64,000 bases of DNA. Source: a virus. Below are positions 57,954 through 64,000 of the stretch, piece by piece. The translations under genes were made by a program, and so were the position numbers. A model generated the notes under the pieces. It did no database searches. It saw only the letters and a program-made list of their open reading frames with translations, and was not told the origin of the DNA. The stretch is taken from positions 32,001 through 96,000 of IMG/VR virus record IMGVR_UViG_3300030085_004825; one strand, 5' to 3'. Position 1 is the first letter of the stretch, and the number at the start of each line of letters is the position of its first letter.

Positions 57954-60752
57954 ATGAAAAAGTTTTTATTATTATTATTGTGTTTAACTACATTTTTTAG
58001 TTTTTCACAAGAAGTAGCACCAGTTACTTTTAGATTAGATTTAAATGAGGTTATAGATAATGTACCTAATTACGGAGAAGCTCAAGTATTTATACAAACT
58101 AATGTTGCTAATTGGGTTGATATACCAATGGAAGATATAGGTGGAAATGGCATATATAGAAAAAATATTAATATAACCCACCCAGAAGATGAAAATATAG
58201 ATGTATTTTATAGATTTAAAGTAACATCTTTTGGAACTAATGGTTTACCCTATACTTTATGGGAAGGAGGAGTAAATTCAGACCCAACCTGTCTTTTTGA
58301 TCCTAGTACTCAAGGTTTAGCCGGGGGAGATATAAGGAAAGTAGTAGTACCACAAGAACTAATTGATAATGGTACCTATGTTAACCCAACTGGAGAATTT
58401 AAATTAACGCATTGTTTTAATGTATGTGGTAATGCATCATGCCCACCAGAACCTTGTATAAATGGTTTAACTTCAACTAATGCTTATCAACAATGCATTA
58501 ATGGAGGATCCCAAGCTCTTATAGTTTTTGAATGGCAAACTGAATGTGAAATACAATCTGTTGAATATACTAATGCTGAAGGAGTAGGCCCATTTACATA
58601 CCCAGTTAACCCTGATGCTTTAAATTTTGGAGTATATGCAGGAACACCGAATATGCCACCAAATTGGTCTGTAGAACACCAATTAACAGTTAATTTTGCT
58701 GATGGAACCCAATCTGCTCCTATTTTTTATACCCCACAACCATGCATCCCAGGTTGTACTGATCCTAATTCAGTATCATATAATCCATGGGCTAATCAAG
58801 ATGATGGTACATGTTTAAATGCCGGTGGGGGAGAAAATTGTGACCCAGGAGATTATGAAATAACAATATCGGTAACTTTAGATAATTGGCCAGGAGAAAC
58901 ATCATGGACATTAGTGTCGTTGTCTGATGGAGGAATTCCTATACAAATGCCACAAGGAGAATATGATTATTCAGATGTAGGTCAAACATATGATTATACA
59001 GTTTGTATTGATGGTCAAGGAGTTGAACTCATTATAAATGATTCATATGGTGATGGATTAGTAGGTGGTAATACTCCTGGAAATGTTGTTATAACAGACT
59101 GTGATGGTAATATTTTATGGACTTTAACTGATGTTGCACCAAATCTTGATTTTGACTATGTAGCATATTCAGGACCTGTATTTGGAAATGCGTGCAGTGG
59201 AATAACACCTGTTCTAGGATGCACAAACCCAGCATATCAAGAGTATGACCCTACAGCAACAATAGATGATGGTAGTTGTGCAAATTTACATGTATATGGA
59301 TGTATAGATACTACGGCTTATAATTACAATCCTAATGCTACTATGCAAGAAATAATTCCTACTTGCGATTATGAGTTGTGGATTGGAGATGCCGCTGCTG
59401 ATGGTTGGGGTAATTCATACATTGGTATAACCCAAGGAACAAACCAATGGACATTTACAATGGGGCCAGGTTCTTACAGTCAAACATTCCCTTTAACATT
59501 AGACACAGATAAACCTGTCGAAGTTTATTATTTTGAAATAGCGGCTCCACAACAACAAGCACAAGAAGTTGAATTTCAAACATGGCAAAATTCATTTAAA
59601 CTAACTAACGCAGATGGAGTAGTATTAATGCATGAAGGTTCTAATCCTTTTGCAAATAATGGACTAGGAGCTCTACAGCCATTTGAAGGTCCATTTTATG
59701 AAAAATATCAAGCAATACCTTTTTGTGGTGATTTATGTGTTCCTGTCATACTTGGATGTACTGATTCAACATCACTAAATTACAACCCAAACGCAAACAC
59801 AGATGATGGTTCTTGTATTCCAATTATATATGGTTGTACTAATGAATTAGCATTTAATTACAACCCTGATGCTACAGTAGATGATGGTAGTTGTATACCA
59901 ACTATTTATGGATGCACCGACCCATCTTCTTGGAATTACAACCCAGATGCAAATGTTGATGATGGTTCATGTATATATTTTGGTTGTACTGACTCTACAG
60001 CTTTAAATTATAATCCTGCTGCAAATGTAGATAATGGAACTTGTATATACCCAATATATGGCTGCACAGATCCTGAAGCATTTAATTACAACCCTGAAGC
60101 AAATGTTGATGATGGTTCATGTATACCTGTAATTTATGGTTGTATGGATCCTACAATGTTTAATTTTAACCCTATAGCAAACACTGATAATGGTTCATGT
60201 ATACCTGTAATATTTGGTTGTACTGACTCTACAGCTTTAAATTATGACCCAATGGCTAATACAGATAATGGAACTTGTATATTACCACTTACAGGGTGTA
60301 CAGACCCAAATGCTTATAATTACGACCCAACAGCAAATGTACCAGATTCAACAGCATGTTTATATGATGCAGGTTGTATTGGGGGGCCTGGTGAACCTTA
60401 TTGGTTAAATAATCCATGTTTTGCTTGGGTAATAGATGTTGATATTTATTGTTGTGAAGTAGAATGGGATGCTTCATGTCAATCAATGTATAATTACTGT
60501 GTTGATGGTTGGCCTGTAGGAATAGATGAAATGGATATAAATGGAATTATAGTTTACCCAAACCCAACAGATAATATTTTAAACATTGAAACTCATTTAT
60601 CATTTAAATATGAATTAAGAGATGCAATGGGTAAATTAGTATTAACAGGAGAAGATAAACGTTTAGAATTAGGAAAATATGATGATGGAGTTTATTTTTT
60701 AACTATAATTCATAACGAGAAAAAATTTAATAAAAGAATCATAAAACAATGA
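57954..60752 (+). CDS. Exported Cys-rich repeat protein with T9SS type A C-terminal sorting domain
   Basis: Signal peptide ...FSFS/Q; 11 GC(T)D...NY(N/D)P.A..D(D/N)G(S/T)C repeats; C-terminal VYPNP..NILNI...YELRD.MGK.V...L.....GVYFL.I......KRIIK. Confidence 0.9.
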   Translation: MKKFLLLLLCLTTFFSFSQEVAPVTFRLDLNEVIDNVPNYGEAQVFIQTNVANWVDIPMEDIGGNGIYRKNINITHPEDENIDVFYRFKVTSFGTNGLPYTLWEGGVNSDPTCLFDPSTQGLAGGDIRKVVVPQELIDNGTYVNPTGEFKLTHCFNVCGNASCPPEPCINGLTSTNAYQQCINGGSQALIVFEWQTECEIQSVEYTNAEGVGPFTYPVNPDALNFGVYAGTPNMPPNWSVEHQLTVNFADGTQSAPIFYTPQPCIPGCTDPNSVSYNPWANQDDGTCLNAGGGENCDPGDYEITISVTLDNWPGETSWTLVSLSDGGIPIQMPQGEYDYSDVGQTYDYTVCIDGQGVELIINDSYGDGLVGGNTPGNVVITDCDGNILWTLTDVAPNLDFDYVAYSGPVFGNACSGITPVLGCTNPAYQEYDPTATIDDGSCANLHVYGCIDTTAYNYNPNATMQEIIPTCDYELWIGDAAADGWGNSYIGITQGTNQWTFTMGPGSYSQTFPLTLDTDKPVEVYYFEIAAPQQQAQEVEFQTWQNSFKLTNADGVVLMHEGSNPFANNGLGALQPFEGPFYEKYQAIPFCGDLCVPVILGCTDSTSLNYNPNANTDDGSCIPIIYGCTNELAFNYNPDATVDDGSCIPTIYGCTDPSSWNYNPDANVDDGSCIYFGCTDSTALNYNPAANVDNGTCIYPIYGCTDPEAFNYNPEANVDDGSCIPVIYGCMDPTMFNFNPIANTDNGSCIPVIFGCTDSTALNYDPMANTDNGTCILPLTGCTDPNAYNYDPTANVPDSTACLYDAGCIGGPGEPYWLNNPCFAWVIDVDIYCCEVEWDASCQSMYNYCVDGWPVGIDEMDINGIIVYPNPTDNILNIETHLSFKYELRDAMGKLVLTGEDKRLELGKYDDGVYFLTIIHNEKKFNKRIIKQ
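59748..60359 (+). repeat. Eight tandem ~24-27-aa Cys-rich repeats
   Basis: For example GCTDSTSLNYNPNANTDDGSC and GCTDPEAFNYNPEANVDDGSC; three further dispersed copies upstream. Confidence 0.92.
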
Positions 60753-61810
60753 AAAAACTTTTAATTTTATTTCTATTATTACCTGTAATTACATTTAGTC
60801 AAACAGAATCTAAATTTAAAAAAACAGTTAAAAAGATTTTTAAGTATTCTACTTTTTATGGTGCTGTTACTGGTGGTAATTCTATATCTGATGTTAATGT
60901 TTATTCTGTAACAAATGGTTTAGAAACTTCAATTGTTAAAACCCCTTTTGATTATTCAATTGCATTAGGAGTTAGAAAAATAGCTAGATTTGGTTATGAA
61001 AATAGAGCTAATGTATTTTTTGATGGAACAGAAAAAACATATGGTGATGCTGCTACAATTGGTAAGATAAATGGATTTGAATATTTATTTGAAGCAGATT
61101 GGACAAGACAACAAGGTACATCATTTTTAAATCAAGACTATTTTTTAAGATATGTAGCAAAAAATTGGATTGCTAAAGCAGAATATTTAGAAGATGGATT
61201 TGCTGACATTAGATACTTTGAATCCTCAGAAAGATATAGACAAAAAATAGGAAATAAACTATCTTTTAATATAGGTGCAGTACAGCGTATAGCAGAACCT
61301 TATGGTTATAATCCATTAGATCAATGGTTATTATCAAATGGTAGTTTGCATTACACTGACTTAGCACTACAAGAAGGGTATTCTATTGAATTTGATGGTA
61401 ATGGAGGTGTAAATTATTTTAACCCTAATGGAGAATTAGTAGCAGAAAACACCCAAGTATGGGAAGCAGTAACTATACCAGAAGTATTAGCTGAATACAC
61501 AGAAAGAGAAAGAAAAGCATTAAAATATCAATGGAATCATTCATTAGTAATAGGTTTTGATTTTTATCACTATACTAAAGATTTTTGGGTGCATTCATGG
61601 GGTAATGTAATGCCTTTACATTTAGAAACTAAAAGTGATTACTCATACCATAAATTTAATGGTGGGCAATGGATAGATTACTCAGGTGGTTTAATATTTG
61701 GATATAAAATTACTAAAAATTTAGGAGTATTTTTAGAAGGTAAATATAACAAATATTGGAATAGAAAATGGCACGATTTTAGTGTTGGAGTAAATTATAT
61801 AATTTTATAA
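60749..61810 (+). CDS. Putative outer-membrane beta-barrel protein
   Basis: Signal peptide ...ITFS/Q; aromatic-rich alternating strands; ends GLIFGYKITKNLGVFLEGKY...FSVGVNYIIL; ATGA-coupled to the upstream gene. Confidence 0.7.
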   Translation: MKKLLILFLLLPVITFSQTESKFKKTVKKIFKYSTFYGAVTGGNSISDVNVYSVTNGLETSIVKTPFDYSIALGVRKIARFGYENRANVFFDGTEKTYGDAATIGKINGFEYLFEADWTRQQGTSFLNQDYFLRYVAKNWIAKAEYLEDGFADIRYFESSERYRQKIGNKLSFNIGAVQRIAEPYGYNPLDQWLLSNGSLHYTDLALQEGYSIEFDGNGGVNYFNPNGELVAENTQVWEAVTIPEVLAEYTERERKALKYQWNHSLVIGFDFYHYTKDFWVHSWGNVMPLHLETKSDYSYHKFNGGQWIDYSGGLIFGYKITKNLGVFLEGKYNKYWNRKWHDFSVGVNYIIL

Positions 61811-61811
61811 A

Positions 61812-62096
61812 ATGGCAAAAGAATTAAACGAAGACACAGGTTTTAAAGTAAGTATAAAAACTTTAATAGGTATTGCATTTGCAATAGCAACAGTAGTAGC
61901 AATGTGGTATGCGTTACAAGCTGATATACAAGAAGCAAAAGAATTACCCAAACCCCCTGAACCAGAAGTAACTAGAATGGAATTTGACATGAAAGATCAA
62001 ATAGTTAGACAAACTATTATGACAACTCAAGAAGATGTCAAAGAACTTAAAGAAGATATGGATCGCATAGAAGAAAAAATTGATAACCTAAAGTAA
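61812..62096 (+). CDS. Single-TM coiled-coil membrane protein
   Basis: TM LIGIAFAIATVVAMWYAL, Pro-rich linker, C-terminal coiled coil. Confidence 0.7.
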   Translation: MAKELNEDTGFKVSIKTLIGIAFAIATVVAMWYALQADIQEAKELPKPPEPEVTRMEFDMKDQIVRQTIMTTQEDVKELKEDMDRIEEKIDNLK

Positions 62097-62102
62097 ATTA
62101 TT

Positions 62103-62432
62103 ATGAAAAAGGTATTTTTGCTATTATTTAGCATATTTTTTACAATAAGTTGTTATACTCAGATTACTATTAAACATTTTAATGCTTCATGGAATGCTAC
62201 AAATAATGTTACATGGCTTAAAAGCTTAACTGATTGTAGTGTAAAATACTATGACATAACTAAATCTCCTGAACTACAGAAAAAATATAAAGTAGTTGTT
62301 GTTCCAACTATTATAGTATTTCAAGATGGAGAAGAAATAGAGAGATATCAAGCAGATATCTCTTTTAAAATGCCCGCTACAAAAGATGAAGTACAAGAAG
62401 CTATTGATGAAGCTATAATGGGTGGATTTTAA
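62103..62432 (+). CDS. Exported thioredoxin-fold protein lacking CxxC
   Basis: Signal peptide ...CYT/Q; HFNASWNATN replaces F.A.WC..C; KYKV.VVPTIIVFQDGEEI.R. Confidence 0.75.
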   Translation: MKKVFLLLFSIFFTISCYTQITIKHFNASWNATNNVTWLKSLTDCSVKYYDITKSPELQKKYKVVVVPTIIVFQDGEEIERYQADISFKMPATKDEVQEAIDEAIMGGF

Positions 62433-62450
62433 AATTTATAAATATAAAAT

Positions 62451-63368
62451 ATGTTACTAAAAAAAGGATCAAAAGGTAAAGAAGTAAAAGAACTTCAAAA
62501 AGCTCTAGAAATAGGAGCAGATGGTATATTTGGCTCTGGAACAGAATCAGCAGTTAAAAAATTCCAAAAAGATAATGGATTAATAGCTGATGGAATAGTA
62601 GGCCCTGCTACCTGGGAAGCTATAGGAATAGATACAGATACAGATACTACAGCTGAAGAAACAGAGTATACAACTAAAGACGGTTTAATAATTGAACGTC
62701 AATATTTAGATAAAAATGAGTATGTAAGAGATTATGGTAAAATAGAACCACTAGGTTTTTTCCTTCACCATACTGCTGGTTGGGATAACCCATTCGCATG
62801 TGTAAATAGTTGGAATAAAGATAAAAGAGGTAGAGTTGCTACTCAATATGTTATAGGAGGAACTAATGTAAAAGGTAAAGAAGCTAAGTATGATGGTGTA
62901 GTAGTAGAATGTTTCCCAAATAATTATCTAGGATGGCACTTAGGAAAAGTAGGAAATTTTAAAATATCAAAATTATCAGGTGGCGTAGAACTTAATAATT
63001 TTGGTTACTTAACTAAAAAAGGAGATAAATATTATACTTATGTTAATACAGAAGTTAAACCTGAATTTGTTTGTGACTTAGGATATAAATTTAGAGGACA
63101 CCAATACTGGCACGCATACTCAGATAAACAAATTGAATCACTTCGATTATTAATTTTACACTTAAAAGATATTTATCCAAAAATGGATTTAGAAAATGGA
63201 CTTCCAAAATTATTAAAAGAAGGAGTTCATCCAAAAGATGCGTTTGAATTTAATTTAGATGCTTATAATGCAAAACAATTTGGTTTATGGACACACACAA
63301 ATGTTCGTAAAGATAAATTTGATTGCTTCCCTCAACATGAATTAGTTGAGATGCTTAAAGGTTTGTAA
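62451..63368 (+). CDS. Endolysin: peptidoglycan-binding domain plus N-acetylmuramoyl-L-alanine amidase (Amidase_2-like)
   Basis: LKKGSKG.EV..LQ..L...DG.FG..T..AV..FQ...GL.ADGIVG..TW; LHHTAG, WHLG, GVEL.N.G, THTNV...K.DC.P. Confidence 0.9.
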   Translation: MLLKKGSKGKEVKELQKALEIGADGIFGSGTESAVKKFQKDNGLIADGIVGPATWEAIGIDTDTDTTAEETEYTTKDGLIIERQYLDKNEYVRDYGKIEPLGFFLHHTAGWDNPFACVNSWNKDKRGRVATQYVIGGTNVKGKEAKYDGVVVECFPNNYLGWHLGKVGNFKISKLSGGVELNNFGYLTKKGDKYYTYVNTEVKPEFVCDLGYKFRGHQYWHAYSDKQIESLRLLILHLKDIYPKMDLENGLPKLLKEGVHPKDAFEFNLDAYNAKQFGLWTHTNVRKDKFDCFPQHELVEMLKGL

Positions 63369-63389
63369 AATTACATTTTTTAAAAATAC

Positions 63390-63420
63390 TTGGAGTCCCA
63401 AAAGGGACTCCTTATTTTAC
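63390..63420 (+). promoter_or_regulatory. SigmaA-type promoter overlapping a GC-rich hairpin (probable terminator)
   Basis: TTG(63390)-N20-TATTTTAC(63413); GGAGTCCC-AAAA-GGGACTCC at 63392-63411. Confidence 0.55.
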
Positions 63421-63425
63421 ATGCT

Positions 63426-64000
63426 ATGAAACGATTTTTTCCAATATTAATTTTAATAGCAGCTTTAAGTTTAGCAACTGTAGCTGCTTACTATAGTGTT
63501 TTTGGTATTAGTAAACTATTTTCTTCTCAAGCTAGTGCTGTGATATTAATGGCTGCTATACTTGAGGCCTCTAAACTTATTACTGCTTCTTATTTAGAAA
63601 GATTTTGGCAAACTATTCATTGGGTAAGAAAAACTTATTTAATTTCTGCTTTAATAGCATTAATGGCTATAACTTCACTTGGAATTTATGGGTTTTTAGT
63701 TTCTGCTTATCAAGAAACTGCATATAAAATGCAAGCAATAGATAAACAAGTTGAAGTAAAAGCTAAAAAACGTGATAGATACCAACAACAAATAAAAGAT
63801 ATATCTAAAGAACAAAAAGATATAAACACACAAATAATTGAATTAAGTGAAAGTCTAGGTAATAATGTTATTCAATATACTAATAGTGAAGGACAACTTA
63901 TAACCACACAATCCTCAGCAACACGTAAAATTATCCAACAACAATTAGATGTTCAAACATCTAGAAGAGATAGCTTAACTATTAAACAAGATATTTTAAA
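63426..64000 (+). CDS. Multi-TM membrane protein with coiled coil (partial, runs off the window)
   Basis: Not in the ORF track; translates MKRFFPILILIAALSLATVAAYYSVFGISKLF...LEASKL...ITSLGIYGFL.SAYQ, then coiled coil. Confidence 0.8.
   Translation, partial: MKRFFPILILIAALSLATVAAYYSVFGISKLFSSQASAVILMAAILEASKLITASYLERFWQTIHWVRKTYLISALIALMAITSLGIYGFLVSAYQETAYKMQAIDKQVEVKAKKRDRYQQQIKDISKEQKDINTQIIELSESLGNNVIQYTNSEGQLITTQSSATRKIIQQQLDVQTSRRDSLTIKQDIL

Larger units (their letters stand above)
1..64000 (+). mobile_element. Segment of a large T4-like (contractile-tailed) bacteriophage genome, probable Bacteroidota host
   Basis: gp17/gp20/gp21/gp22/gp23-like head cluster, sheath/tube/tape measure/baseplate genes, gp32/UvsX/gp41-like replication genes, PhoH and RNR. 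No cellular housekeeping genes or integrase seen. Confidence 0.97.

Noticed and set aside
1-64000. Alternative genetic code, tRNA genes, introns or inteins
   Set aside because: Core genes are full length in code 11, and TAA, TAG and TGA all act as stops. Intergenic gaps show no cloverleaf, and terminase, helicase and NrdA show no insertions.

Overview
The 64-kb window is part of a large, AT-rich T4-like (myovirus-type) phage genome, with all credible genes on the + strand in the standard code. Gene order: putative head-internal and accessory proteins (1-10.5 kb); terminase, portal, prohead protease, scaffold and major capsid protein (11-21.5 kb); PhoH, a fibre/spike module and neck proteins; two tandem tail sheaths, tail tube, chaperone with a probable +1 frameshift, tape measure and baseplate (30-48.4 kb); a replication block (minimal divergent family-A polymerase, gp32-like SSB, RecA/UvsX, 5'-3' exonuclease, DnaB helicase, NrdB/NrdA); and a late envelope/lysis block. 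The host is very likely Bacteroidota: there are TTG-N20-TAnnTT promoters, no Shine-Dalgarno sequences, Gln at +1 after signal peptides, and two proteins with type IX secretion (T9SS) C-terminal signals. Best candidates for novelty: (1) a phage-encoded T9SS cargo cassette plus a second T9SS moron; (2) a 421-aa PolA with His at the steric gate and a YDS motif C; (3) a shared helical leader ending in LxE on about 10 unrelated proteins (candidate capsid-targeting signal); (4) an H-type pseudoknot overlapping a terminator upstream of an FAD oxidoreductase; (5) an ATAT(T/G)TATA late-promoter motif; (6) strong [ST]-[GAS]-S enrichment in virion proteins. All calls are by visual motif recognition; no searches were run.
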